Positions 32,258 to 41,979 are shown, counted from the first letter of the stretch. The stretch is DNA of 42,018 nucleotides from Prevotella sp. P5-108 (GCA_963636305.1 CAVHKB010000001.1:1-42018), one strand, 5' to 3'. Numbers and translations are program-made. Notes: generated by a model from the sequence alone, not told the origin.

Positions 32258-34057
32258 ATGAAATCAATCAACTATCTCAGTGTATGTATGGCGTCAGTCC
32301 TGCTCTTGACTGGTTGCAACGACTTCCTCGATGTCAACACAACCAAAGATGACCCCACTACCGTAACGGTCGACCAAATACTGCCGACTCTCTGCTTCTA
32401 TGCCTCACAGATATGCTACGACCATGCCGAATATGGCGTCTATATGTCACAGGCACTCACCACAGGCGATAAGTCACAAACAGGATCCTACCCCTATAGT
32501 CAGGGATGGGAATTCCTCAGCGTCAACCGTCACCCTATGTGGAGACGGCATTTCTACGACCTCGGGGCAAATGCCAACGCCATGTTCGAACTGACGGCTA
32601 AAAACGGCTCGAAAAACTACGAACTCATCGGGCGTACACTCGTGCTGCAATCCACCATGTTCACCACCGATGTGTTTGCCGATATGCCTCGCTCCCAAGC
32701 CTATACCGTCACTTCTCCCAAGTACGACTCGCAACAGGAAATCTACGATTGGATGTTCTCCGAAGCCGACCAACTCGTCAGCCTCTACCAAGACCCTGCT
32801 TGGACCAACGGCGCACAAGCACTGCCTATAAGCGAAAAATCCGACCGTATCTACAAAGGCGATATGAATAAATGGGCTGCCTACACCAAAGCACTCCGTT
32901 GCCGTCTGTGGCTGCGCAAACTTCCTAACTGGGACAACACACCCACCACCTGCCAACAACTCGTGGCTATGGTCGACGATGTACTCAACGACCCCAACTG
33001 GGAAGAACCTCTCTACAACTACCCTGGCGGTAAAACAGAGTCCAACTGCCCGTGGGGACCTGCTGCTCCGAAAATAAATTCGTGGGAAAGTCGTAACAAC
33101 CGACTTGCTTCCTCCATACCGACCAAGTTCTTCGCCTATGCTGTCTTGGGAGGATATACGGGCAGTTCTCTCAACACATCCGACTATCGCTTCGCATTGG
33201 ACCCCCGTGCCGAAATGATAATGACTCCCCGCACCAACAAAGATAATAGTCAGGCATTGCGCTGGTTGGAGAGCAACATAGGTAAGGATGAAAACAATAA
33301 ATATACCTACTACCCCGACCTCTATGCCACCGATGCCGGAACCAATCCTTATACCAAAAACGATGGCTATATCGCTCTGATAACCACCGAAGAACTGCTC
33401 TTCATCAAAGCCGAAGCACTCTATTGGATGAACCAGAAAGCCGAGGCATACAATGTCACAAAGCAAGCCGTCGAACGCAATATGCAACGCTATGGCATCA
33501 ATGTAGGAGCATTGACCAAAAAAGAACAAAAACGCTACGACCTCTTCATGTCTGTCCGTCTTCCGGGTGAGTCCGTGTTCACCATTGCTGACCTCATGCA
33601 GCAGAAATTTGTGGCTATGTACTTGCAACCCGAACAGTGGACCGACCTCCGCCGCTATAACTATTCCAGCAAAACCAACGGCATATTCTACGATGGCGTT
33701 CCTGTCTATACTGTGTCAACCTGTCTGACAAAGCACAGTCCGATTGCTCTGTCACCTTCCAACTTCACCACCGAGTATAGCCTGCGCCGACCCTACAACC
33801 TCTATGCTGCCTATTGGGACCAACCCGACTGCTACGAAGACCCTTCCACCAAAGCCGTCTATTCGCCTAACGCTTGGGTCAATCGCCTGAACCCCGATAC
33901 CGAAACGGAAACAAAATACAACAAGAAAGAACTCATCCGTATCGGCGCGTGCGATGCGGCAGGAAATGTCGACTACCATTGGATGCAGAAACACATGATT
34001 TGGGCAATGAAGAACTCTTCGGTCTGCACCGTATCTAACAATATAGAATGGAAATAA
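32258..34057 (+). CDS. SusD/RagB-family nutrient-binding outer-membrane lipoprotein
   Basis: Lies immediately downstream of SusC. Lipobox LLLTGC followed by NDFLDVN, typical of SusD N-termini. ATG 32249 is an alternative start. Confidence 0.85.
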   Translation: MKSINYLSVCMASVLLLTGCNDFLDVNTTKDDPTTVTVDQILPTLCFYASQICYDHAEYGVYMSQALTTGDKSQTGSYPYSQGWEFLSVNRHPMWRRHFYDLGANANAMFELTAKNGSKNYELIGRTLVLQSTMFTTDVFADMPRSQAYTVTSPKYDSQQEIYDWMFSEADQLVSLYQDPAWTNGAQALPISEKSDRIYKGDMNKWAAYTKALRCRLWLRKLPNWDNTPTTCQQLVAMVDDVLNDPNWEEPLYNYPGGKTESNCPWGPAAPKINSWESRNNRLASSIPTKFFAYAVLGGYTGSSLNTSDYRFALDPRAEMIMTPRTNKDNSQALRWLESNIGKDENNKYTYYPDLYATDAGTNPYTKNDGYIALITTEELLFIKAEALYWMNQKAEAYNVTKQAVERNMQRYGINVGALTKKEQKRYDLFMSVRLPGESVFTIADLMQQKFVAMYLQPEQWTDLRRYNYSSKTNGIFYDGVPVYTVSTCLTKHSPIALSPSNFTTEYSLRRPYNLYAAYWDQPDCYEDPSTKAVYSPNAWVNRLNPDTETETKYNKKELIRIGACDAAGNVDYHWMQKHMIWAMKNSSVCTVSNNIEWK

Positions 34058-34071
34058 CTTCTCTTACGACT

Positions 34072-34929
34072 ATGAAACACTCCCATATATTCGTTCTCGC
34101 ATTCGCTCTGCTCGCTTGCACTGCGTGCGATAAACATGACTTCATCGACGACCTCGTCATCACTGGTAATGTCGGACCTCAACCCTATTGGGTGGTCGAG
34201 AGTTCTGTCGTAACGGCAGGTGCCGATGTACCGTTCACTGCGCAGTACTATACAAGCGTCAATGGCGTTTCTATCGACCGCTCCGAAGTGTGGTACAATG
34301 TCACCGAAAACCTCGAGAAAGTGGTTACTTGCCCGTGGACAAAAAGTTTCACGTACTCCATCTCTAAAATCACCGCTTCCGAAATGCGTATCTCCCAAAA
34401 GATAAAGACTTTCCCTCATAAGGATGTTGCCGTATGGAACGACTCCATCCATGCCTACTATTTCGAAGGGACTTTCCCCGTAAGCAGTACACTCGCTTCT
34501 TTCAAATGGGAAAAACCTGCACACTACGACAACGAGAACTTTCTGAAGTATTTCGGCGAAGACTATAAACAGCATTTCAAAGATAGTCTTTATAACCTCC
34601 TTAAATACGACGATTTCAGTAATATCATTAAAGGAGCAGGTCTGCGCGATAATTTCCAGGAGTTTACCGACTCCACTTTCGATGCCAATACCAATCAGTG
34701 GGTACGACACTTCAAGTGGAACGCCGACTCCACCGACACGCCTGTTCCTGAAAAAGTAACCGAACTCTATCAGGATAGCGTTTCTTTCGAACAACTGATT
34801 TTCAATTCCGGTGAAAACTGCTACGACATCACCTACAAGCGTACCTACCAGATACGCGCACTCCTCCGTGTTTACGACGACCGAAATGTCTATGGTACTA
34901 CGGTGGCTAAAGATATAGAAATCAACTGA
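34072..34929 (+). CDS. Lipoprotein of unknown function (in the position of a SusE/F-like surface glycan-binding protein)
   Basis: Start at ATG 34072 (MKHSHIFVLAFALLACTAC, signal peptide plus lipobox). I recognise no catalytic motif. Confidence 0.6.
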   Translation: MKHSHIFVLAFALLACTACDKHDFIDDLVITGNVGPQPYWVVESSVVTAGADVPFTAQYYTSVNGVSIDRSEVWYNVTENLEKVVTCPWTKSFTYSISKITASEMRISQKIKTFPHKDVAVWNDSIHAYYFEGTFPVSSTLASFKWEKPAHYDNENFLKYFGEDYKQHFKDSLYNLLKYDDFSNIIKGAGLRDNFQEFTDSTFDANTNQWVRHFKWNADSTDTPVPEKVTELYQDSVSFEQLIFNSGENCYDITYKRTYQIRALLRVYDDRNVYGTTVAKDIEIN

Positions 34930-34945
34930 TAAATCCTGTTTTGCT

Positions 34946-36643
34946 ATGAAATCCTTCTGTAAATATATGCTGCCTCTCATGGCACTGATGCTGCTTCCCG
35001 CTTGTCGCGACCACGAACCCAAAGTCGAAGACCTGCCCACCGATGCTGTGTCCTTCGAGTATTCTATACCTGGCAACTATGCACTCGACTACTATGTCGA
35101 CTCTGAGGTGATGTTTGTCAACACTTCGCCCACTGCCGGTACTGCGCTCTGGGACTTTGGCGATAATACCAATGCCGAAGGCGACACCGTTTACCATGCC
35201 TATTCTGTCGCTGGTACCTATACCGTAACGCTCACCATTCGTCAGGCTGACGCTACCACCGTGCAGAAGAAACAACCCCTCTTCATCTCCGACATCAAGC
35301 CTTTGCTTACACTCAATCCTATTCAAGAGGAGGTCTGCGAAGTACTCACTTCCAAAATCTCTTTCTCCATTCAACTGCCTAACCCGAAAAACCGTACCGA
35401 AGAGTATCAGTGGATATTCCCCGAAGGAACACGCTTGTTAGATAATACTCCTGTTGACACTGTCTTCCAGAAAGTACCGCCCGAAGTGGTTTTCTCTAAT
35501 GTCGGTTCCCAAACAGTGCGCCTGCAAGCCAAGTTAGACGGTCGTGCGTTGGAAGAGGTTTCCGTCAATGTCCAGGTGGGCTACAACAAAGAGGTACCCA
35601 CACTCTACTATGCCGTTCGGGGCGGAAATATCATGGCACTCAAATTGGCTCCCGATGCACCGGCAGATATGAAAATTATGCCTTTCGACTTGGGCGTGGC
35701 TTCAGGGCAGCACCCGTTCAATATACTCTTTGCCGACTCTTCCATCTATATGCTCGATGCAGGACAACAGTTCTACTATGTCGACGATGCCGATGGCGTA
35801 TTGGGTGACGGCAAAATCTCTGTCATCGCAAAAGACGGTTCCAAAGTCGAAACGCTTATCTCCAATGTCGGACAAGCCGCTTTCGACGACCCGTTCTATG
35901 GGTACATCGAAGAAGGCACGCTCTACTATGCCAACCGCAATACGGGCATCATTGCCGTACGCACCAAAGAACGCAACAGAATCTATAGTGCAACCGAGTT
36001 CCCCTACTATGTACAGCATTCCACACTCGGCTACTATGGTCGTGGCATCGAATATGGTGCCATAGGAGGTATGTTCGGCAAGGTCGAAGGCACTTGGTAC
36101 TGGACGAAGTTCTATAACGCCTATGGCATCTTCCGTTTCACCGATGCCGACATCTACAAAGATCCTGTCACCAAAGGAGAAGCACCTACCCCCGAAGCAG
36201 GCGTAGCACTCAGTACAATGTGTCCGAAGTCATTCGCTTACAACAGCAAGACCAAAGAGTTCTTCTTCACGGTCTTCAACGAAGGCTCAAATGGCTTCTA
36301 TCGCTGCCCATCCATCGCTGCTTTGGATGCCATAGGAAATAGCGCAACAAACCTCAAACAGTATAAAATCCTTCATGAGTCGGGAAAAGAACTGGAGGTC
36401 AACACATCCGGCGAACCTGCTCTCTACGAGGGTACGCGTGCCGAAGTGGTCGGCGTCTGCCAAATGGTATTGGACGAGGCTACGGGCTGTGTTTACTTCG
36501 GATTCCGCTCCGATGGCAAAGACACCAATGCACCTTCTGGTCTGATGCGCTACAATCCTGCTACAGGCAAGGTCGAAACAGTCATCGAAGGCGTCGAAAT
36601 CTATGGCGTGACCATCAACCCCAACCCATCGAAGTTGTTCTAA
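34946..36643 (+). CDS. Lipoprotein with a PKD domain followed by a beta-propeller-like repeat region
   Basis: Lipobox LMLLPAC. PKD signature WDFGDNTNAEGDTVYHAYSVAGTYTVTLTI. Later recurrent blade-like segments (TLYYAVRGGNIMALK, SIYMLDAG, TLYYANRNTGIIAV, CVYFGFRSDG). Confidence 0.65.
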   Translation: MKSFCKYMLPLMALMLLPACRDHEPKVEDLPTDAVSFEYSIPGNYALDYYVDSEVMFVNTSPTAGTALWDFGDNTNAEGDTVYHAYSVAGTYTVTLTIRQADATTVQKKQPLFISDIKPLLTLNPIQEEVCEVLTSKISFSIQLPNPKNRTEEYQWIFPEGTRLLDNTPVDTVFQKVPPEVVFSNVGSQTVRLQAKLDGRALEEVSVNVQVGYNKEVPTLYYAVRGGNIMALKLAPDAPADMKIMPFDLGVASGQHPFNILFADSSIYMLDAGQQFYYVDDADGVLGDGKISVIAKDGSKVETLISNVGQAAFDDPFYGYIEEGTLYYANRNTGIIAVRTKERNRIYSATEFPYYVQHSTLGYYGRGIEYGAIGGMFGKVEGTWYWTKFYNAYGIFRFTDADIYKDPVTKGEAPTPEAGVALSTMCPKSFAYNSKTKEFFFTVFNEGSNGFYRCPSIAALDAIGNSATNLKQYKILHESGKELEVNTSGEPALYEGTRAEVVGVCQMVLDEATGCVYFGFRSDGKDTNAPSGLMRYNPATGKVETVIEGVEIYGVTINPNPSKLF

Positions 36644-36646
36644 ACA

Positions 36647-39211
36647 ATGAATACAACAGTGAAGAGAATCTGCCGCATACTACCTCTTTTGCTATCTGTT
36701 CTTTCAGTGCAGATGCTCTTTGCTGCGGCTCCTAAACGCGAGTTTCGTGCGGCTTGGATATCAACCGTCTGGGCTATCGATTGGCCCAAGAACTCGTGGG
36801 GAAGTGCCGACAACGCTGCCGCACAGCAACAGGAACTCATTCAGATACTCGATTCCCTCCAAATGGCGAATATGAACGCCGCCTGCTTGCAGGTACGGGG
36901 TTTTTCCGATGCAATGTATCGCTCCAAATACGAACCATGGAGCAAGTATCTCACCGGTACACGAGGAGGTGAACCTACCTACGACCCGCTCGCTCTCGCC
37001 GTGCAGGAAGCACACAACCGGGGCATGGAACTCCATGTGTGGCTCAACCCCTACCGCTATGCCTCCTCCAACGAGACCTATGGCAACCTGCCAACCGACT
37101 ACTCGCAGACTCACCCCGAGTGGCTCATGCGCTATGGCGATGCCACTATCCTCAACCCCGGTCTCCCCGAAGTAAGGGAACGCATTGCGGCTGTCGTGGC
37201 GGATATACTCGAGAACTACGATGTCGATGGCGTACTCTTCGACGACTATTTCTATCTCTCCGGTACACCCATGTCTATGGACGCCGACCTCTATGCCGCC
37301 AACAATCCGCAGGGACTGTCCCAAGCCGAATGGCGACGTGAGAATGTCAACGAAATGGTGCGCCTCGTTCACGACACCATCAAGGCTGTCAAACCTTGGG
37401 TCACGTTTGGTATAGGACCTGCACCGCAAGTCGCTTCATCCGATGAACATGCTGCCAAGTATGGTGTCGAGAAAATGCCGTTCTCCGATTGGCAGTACAA
37501 TGGCATCTACTCCGACCCGCTCGCATGGCTCAGCCGTGCTACAATTGACTACATCTCCCCGCAGATGTATTGGAACATCAACTCCTCCTATAGTTTTGCA
37601 GTCTTCTCTGCCTGGTGGTCAAAAGTCAGCAACCAGTTCGGGCGGCATTTCTATGCAAGCCACTCTGTCGAGGGTGCAGGGGTGTCCTATCCTGTTACCG
37701 AAACATCCGACCAGGTAACAGTCCTGCGTAACGACGACCGCAACTCCGCTACTGGCTCTGTCTTCTTTTCCATCTACAAGGCTATGCTGGCTGACGGCTT
37801 CATTCGTAACTTGCGCAATACGGTCTATCGCTATCCCGCTCTCCCACCCATGAAAGCATGGGAACGCTCCAGCGAGGCTCTCTATGTCAGCAACATAACC
37901 TATTCGGGCAGTACGGGCAAACTGTCGTGGACTGCACCTGCCGAAAACCTGCGTTATGCAGTCTACTGCATTCCCAAAGACTATCAATCGCGCCGTGGAG
38001 TGTTCTTCTCGCCCGAGAACTTGGTGGGCTTCACCTATACCAACTCCTGCAAAGTGCCTCTCAAACAAAACTACACCTATGCCGTAGCCGTTCTCGACCG
38101 CTATGGAAACGAATATCCTCCTGTGGTGCGCGATGCTGCAAAGGCTGTTCTCTCCGCTCCCCAATTGCTTGTCCCTGCCGACGGCGCAGTGCAACTGGTG
38201 CCGTCCACCTTCAGTTGGACTACGGCTTCTGGAGTCGATTCCTACCTCTTGCAAGTGGCAACCGACCAGGAGTTCAACAACCTCATCGAGTCCTACGAAA
38301 CAGCCGACACTACTTTCTTCTCTGGCAAAGTAGCCCGTATCGCCGATGGAGGTACCTACTACTGGCGGCTTATTGCACGAGGAGCAAATGCCGACGACCT
38401 GCCTACTGCTGCCCACAGGTTCACGGCGAAGATGTTCTCCATACTGTCCCCTGCCAACACACAGACCGATGTATCGCTTGTGCCTGTCATCTCTTGCGAT
38501 AGCGTCGAGGAATCCGATGTGCGCTACAACTTCGAGATTAGCCGCTCTGTTCAGATGCGCACCGAAGATATGGTATATACGGCACAAACAACGGTCCCCC
38601 GTTGCGCTGTACCCGATTCCACTTTGGCACAGACCACCACCTACTATCTCCGTTGCACCGCCTCCTACGGCACAGTGCAGATAGTGTCCGACATCTCCTC
38701 TTTCACCACGATGTCCCTCCCCGTGCCTACCCCTGTCATCCTGTCGCCTGCCGACAATGAGGTGGTCCGTTCTGCCGACCTCCATGTCGCATGGGAGAAG
38801 CAGAACGCCCGTTCATTCCGAGTCGAGTTATCTACAGTCACAAGTTTTGCTCCTCGCAACACCAAGACACTGAACACCGATGCCTATACCTACAATGCAA
38901 CCTATACCAATCTCTCAGAAGGCGACTATTACCTCCGTGTGCGTGCCTCGTCTGTCGATGGTTGGGTCACCTCCGATATGCTCCGTGTCACCATACAACC
39001 GGCTACTGCCTGCGAGGCTGCCCGCGAGAACAATTGGTATGTGTCCAATGGAGCAATAGTGGCAGAGCAGCCAATGCCTTACTCTGTCTATAACCTGCTG
39101 GGCATTGTGCTGGCAAAAGGAACAACCAACATAGGAACAACCGCTCTGCCCGCAGTGCAGGGCGTGCTGATTGTGCAGGTCGGAACAACAAAAAGAATAG
39201 TGGTTATGTAG
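36647..39211 (+). CDS. GHL10 (DUF187/YngK-like, glycoside-hydrolase-like family 10) protein with three Ig/Fn3-like repeats and a T9SS C-terminal sorting domain
   Basis: Signal peptide, then REFRAAWISTVWAIDWP and later blocks (ELHVWLNPYR, DGVLFDDYFY) typical of the family. Three ~90-aa internal repeats span about 38156-39017. The C-terminal tail PYSVYNLLGIVLAKG...GVLIVQVGTTKRIVVM (about 39029-39208) resembles the Por/T9SS CTD. Confidence 0.75.
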   Translation: MNTTVKRICRILPLLLSVLSVQMLFAAAPKREFRAAWISTVWAIDWPKNSWGSADNAAAQQQELIQILDSLQMANMNAACLQVRGFSDAMYRSKYEPWSKYLTGTRGGEPTYDPLALAVQEAHNRGMELHVWLNPYRYASSNETYGNLPTDYSQTHPEWLMRYGDATILNPGLPEVRERIAAVVADILENYDVDGVLFDDYFYLSGTPMSMDADLYAANNPQGLSQAEWRRENVNEMVRLVHDTIKAVKPWVTFGIGPAPQVASSDEHAAKYGVEKMPFSDWQYNGIYSDPLAWLSRATIDYISPQMYWNINSSYSFAVFSAWWSKVSNQFGRHFYASHSVEGAGVSYPVTETSDQVTVLRNDDRNSATGSVFFSIYKAMLADGFIRNLRNTVYRYPALPPMKAWERSSEALYVSNITYSGSTGKLSWTAPAENLRYAVYCIPKDYQSRRGVFFSPENLVGFTYTNSCKVPLKQNYTYAVAVLDRYGNEYPPVVRDAAKAVLSAPQLLVPADGAVQLVPSTFSWTTASGVDSYLLQVATDQEFNNLIESYETADTTFFSGKVARIADGGTYYWRLIARGANADDLPTAAHRFTAKMFSILSPANTQTDVSLVPVISCDSVEESDVRYNFEISRSVQMRTEDMVYTAQTTVPRCAVPDSTLAQTTTYYLRCTASYGTVQIVSDISSFTTMSLPVPTPVILSPADNEVVRSADLHVAWEKQNARSFRVELSTVTSFAPRNTKTLNTDAYTYNATYTNLSEGDYYLRVRASSVDGWVTSDMLRVTIQPATACEAARENNWYVSNGAIVAEQPMPYSVYNLLGIVLAKGTTNIGTTALPAVQGVLIVQVGTTKRIVVM

Positions 39212-39311
39212 AAAAGAAATAATATAAGATAACAAATTAACCGTTGTGGAGTACCGCTTGACGGGTCTTGCGGAACAAAACGACAATTTACTAACATTAA
39301 TCTATCTATTT

Positions 39312-41840
39312 ATGAAAAAATTAACAGTATTGTGTAGCGCGCTCTTGTTGGCGGCTACCTCATTCGCGGCTGTTGAGTACGTCCTCCCCGACGGAGCCGT
39401 CACCAACGACTACGGATGGACAAGCAAGAAAGACATGTACGAGGCTCTGAATGCAGATTGGAACACATTCTCTGGGGCTACTACAACATGGAAAGCCTAC
39501 GAAGAACAATTGGGAGTAGGAAATTCTAATGGAGGTATTCCTACCTCTGTTCCTAATGCTGTAAACGAGAAAACTATATTGCAGTTCTTTGCAGATGATA
39601 CTTATAAAGCAAAATGGGGATGGTTGCCCGCATACTTGGATTCTGTGGCAAAGAAACAATATAAAAAAGGTGTTGCTGCAGACGGAACTAAAACATTGCC
39701 ATCTTCAGACGTTGGGTCAATGCGCTTTGGTCTCGGGAACTTCTTTGGCGAAGACAAAAATCACACAACCGATTGGCTTGATGCTGTTGATATGTCAAAT
39801 GGTGAGGCTCTCTTGGCAGCATACCAACCCGTTTGGAAACATGCTTATGCCAATCCTACCGAAATCGCAGAAGGTGAGTTCACACTCAATGCTCCTTACA
39901 AAGAGGGTGAATCTTTCCGTGGCTGGTACGACAACCAAGAAGGCTCGGGTACTCCTATCACCAAGATAACCTCTGAAACCACCGGTAAACTCTATGCTTG
40001 CTTTGGCGAGTATATCAACACGGTGGCTGAAGTGCTTGCTCTCGCTGATGGCACTGAAACCAAAGTGAAAGGTACGGTTACCTACACTGCAGGTGACAAC
40101 TTCTGGATTCAAGACGCTTCAGGCGCCATCCTTTGCTACGGTAAAAACAATGGCGTGGCTAATGGCGACGAAGTAACCCTCAGTGGTAATTTTGTGGCTG
40201 ATTTCAATGGTTCGCCCGAACTGAACAACGCAACTGTTATCAGCAAAGTGGCGGGTACGGCTGTTAATCCTACCGAAGTTACACTTCCTCAACTGGTGGC
40301 TGACGAGGCTTCATATCTCAATAAGTTGGTTGCCGTTAAGGGCGTTAAAATTGTTTCTTATGAAGGCGACTACAATACACCTTATGTTTCCGATGGTATC
40401 AATAAAATAGCGTTGTACAAATATACGGGTGTAACAGTAGATAAGTACCCTGTAGGCACGCAAATCAACTTCAAGGCTGTTTTCTCTGTCTATAAGAGTG
40501 GAGATACCAAAGAATTCCAGTTCCGTGGCGAAGCCGAATGGATTGAGGCTTCCGCTGCTGCTGTAAAAGATGACTACGCATATCCTGCTCGTGGCGAAAA
40601 TGGCGAATATACCCTCGTAAACAATTGGATCTATTCTGTCAAGTTAGGTAACTATGCCGACAATCGTCCTGGCGAAGATGGCAATGTTCGTGGTATGGCT
40701 GCAAAAGATGGCAAGATGTATTTCATCGACCGTGGAACATCTACCCTCCAGGTTTACGATGGTGCTACTGGCAAGAAATTAGATCCTATCACCATCACAG
40801 GCGACCATCTCTTCCAAGTGGAAACAATCGACGAGACTGGGGCTTCTAAGTGGGAAAGTGCTGTAACTCTTCCTTTCAACGATATAAAGGTGGATAATAA
40901 AGGCAATTTCCTGATTGGCGCATGCCTTACCTCTTCGCAAACATTCTTCATCTACAAGGTTGACCTGGCAACAGGTGCTGCTACCGAAGTCATCAAAGAG
41001 CGTCTTTGGGATAACACCGAAGAGGAATTCGACAAAATCTCTTATCGTTTCGATGCATTTGGTGTATATGGCGATGTTGATACCCATGCAGTTATCATGG
41101 CACAAGATGCCAATTCAATGACGGCATTCAAGTGGGTCATCGACAATGGTGTTGCTGCCAAAGCAACAAAGGTGGTTCTTTATGTTGACCCTGCTTCTGA
41201 TAACTCTTATCTTATCAACGACGGTGCAATGATTGCAAATCCTGGAACTGCTCCTCAAATATTCCCTGTCGACGACAACTATTTCTATTTGGATGGCAAT
41301 GCTACTCTGCCTACTCTGTTCAATATGGATGGTACACTGGCTGACGACTTCAAGAACTGCGCTGCAGGCATCCAAATAGGTAACAACGAAGGCGATACTT
41401 GCAAATTGAATCAAGGACACAATGGCTTGGCTGAGTTCCAAGTAGGCGACGAGTACTTCCTCGTAATGGCTGCTACCAATACTGCAGGTACTCCTTCTTC
41501 TGCTTTTGCACTCTATAAGTATAAAGATGCCTCCAAGTCCTTTGCCGATATGACTCCTCTGTGGTTCTTCCCGAACAACGGTATGAGTTTTTCAAATAGT
41601 GTCAACGGATTCCGTTCGGCTGTGCCTTCTGTCGATGTAAAAGACAATGTGGCTACCATCTACTTGTACACAGGTAATTGTGGCTTCGGTGTTTACACAT
41701 TCACAGGTGTAAAGGGTACAGGTTTCAACGAGGTAATTGGCGAGAAAGCCGATAATGTTCAAAAGGTTATGGAGAACGGTCAAATCTATATCCTGAAAGA
41801 CGGCGTTCGCTATAATGTATTAGGTACAGTGGTGAAGTAA
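39312..41840 (+). CDS. Large secreted protein of unknown function (Listeria-Bacteroides-repeat-like segment, OB-fold-like segment, beta-propeller-like C-terminal half)
   Basis: Start at ATG 39312 (MKKLTVLCSALLLAATSFA signal peptide), 842 aa. The FTLNAPYKEGESFRGWYDNQEGSGTPI repeat-like motif lies at about 39876-40004. The tail ENGQIYILKDGVRYNVLGTVVK may be a sorting motif. A strong terminator follows. Confidence 0.6.
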   Translation: MKKLTVLCSALLLAATSFAAVEYVLPDGAVTNDYGWTSKKDMYEALNADWNTFSGATTTWKAYEEQLGVGNSNGGIPTSVPNAVNEKTILQFFADDTYKAKWGWLPAYLDSVAKKQYKKGVAADGTKTLPSSDVGSMRFGLGNFFGEDKNHTTDWLDAVDMSNGEALLAAYQPVWKHAYANPTEIAEGEFTLNAPYKEGESFRGWYDNQEGSGTPITKITSETTGKLYACFGEYINTVAEVLALADGTETKVKGTVTYTAGDNFWIQDASGAILCYGKNNGVANGDEVTLSGNFVADFNGSPELNNATVISKVAGTAVNPTEVTLPQLVADEASYLNKLVAVKGVKIVSYEGDYNTPYVSDGINKIALYKYTGVTVDKYPVGTQINFKAVFSVYKSGDTKEFQFRGEAEWIEASAAAVKDDYAYPARGENGEYTLVNNWIYSVKLGNYADNRPGEDGNVRGMAAKDGKMYFIDRGTSTLQVYDGATGKKLDPITITGDHLFQVETIDETGASKWESAVTLPFNDIKVDNKGNFLIGACLTSSQTFFIYKVDLATGAATEVIKERLWDNTEEEFDKISYRFDAFGVYGDVDTHAVIMAQDANSMTAFKWVIDNGVAAKATKVVLYVDPASDNSYLINDGAMIANPGTAPQIFPVDDNYFYLDGNATLPTLFNMDGTLADDFKNCAAGIQIGNNEGDTCKLNQGHNGLAEFQVGDEYFLVMAATNTAGTPSSAFALYKYKDASKSFADMTPLWFFPNNGMSFSNSVNGFRSAVPSVDVKDNVATIYLYTGNCGFGVYTFTGVKGTGFNEVIGEKADNVQKVMENGQIYILKDGVRYNVLGTVVK

Positions 41841-41859
41841 TTCATCTCGTTCCCTACAC

Positions 41860-41889
41860 AAAAAGGCTGCCCCAAAGGCAGCCTTTTTT
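41860..41889 (+). terminator. Rho-independent terminator after the 842-aa secreted protein gene
   Basis: GGCTGCC-CCAAA-GGCAGCC hairpin (41865-41883) flanked by an A-run and followed by TTTTTT (41884-41889), 20 nt after the stop codon. Confidence 0.85.
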
Positions 41890-41979
41890 GTTCCTCACCC
41901 CTCGCCTGCTAATTGTTACCTGTTAATTGCTCCCTTACCTCCGCCCACCCAACTATTTACTACCAATCCCAAACGATTT

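Noticed and set aside
33973-35076. 367-aa minus-strand ORF spanning the SusD end, the 285-aa lipoprotein gene and the start of the PKD lipoprotein gene
   Set aside because: It is antisense to three consecutive + strand genes that have signal peptides, lipoboxes and a PKD motif. It has no domain signature of its own, so it is a shadow ORF.
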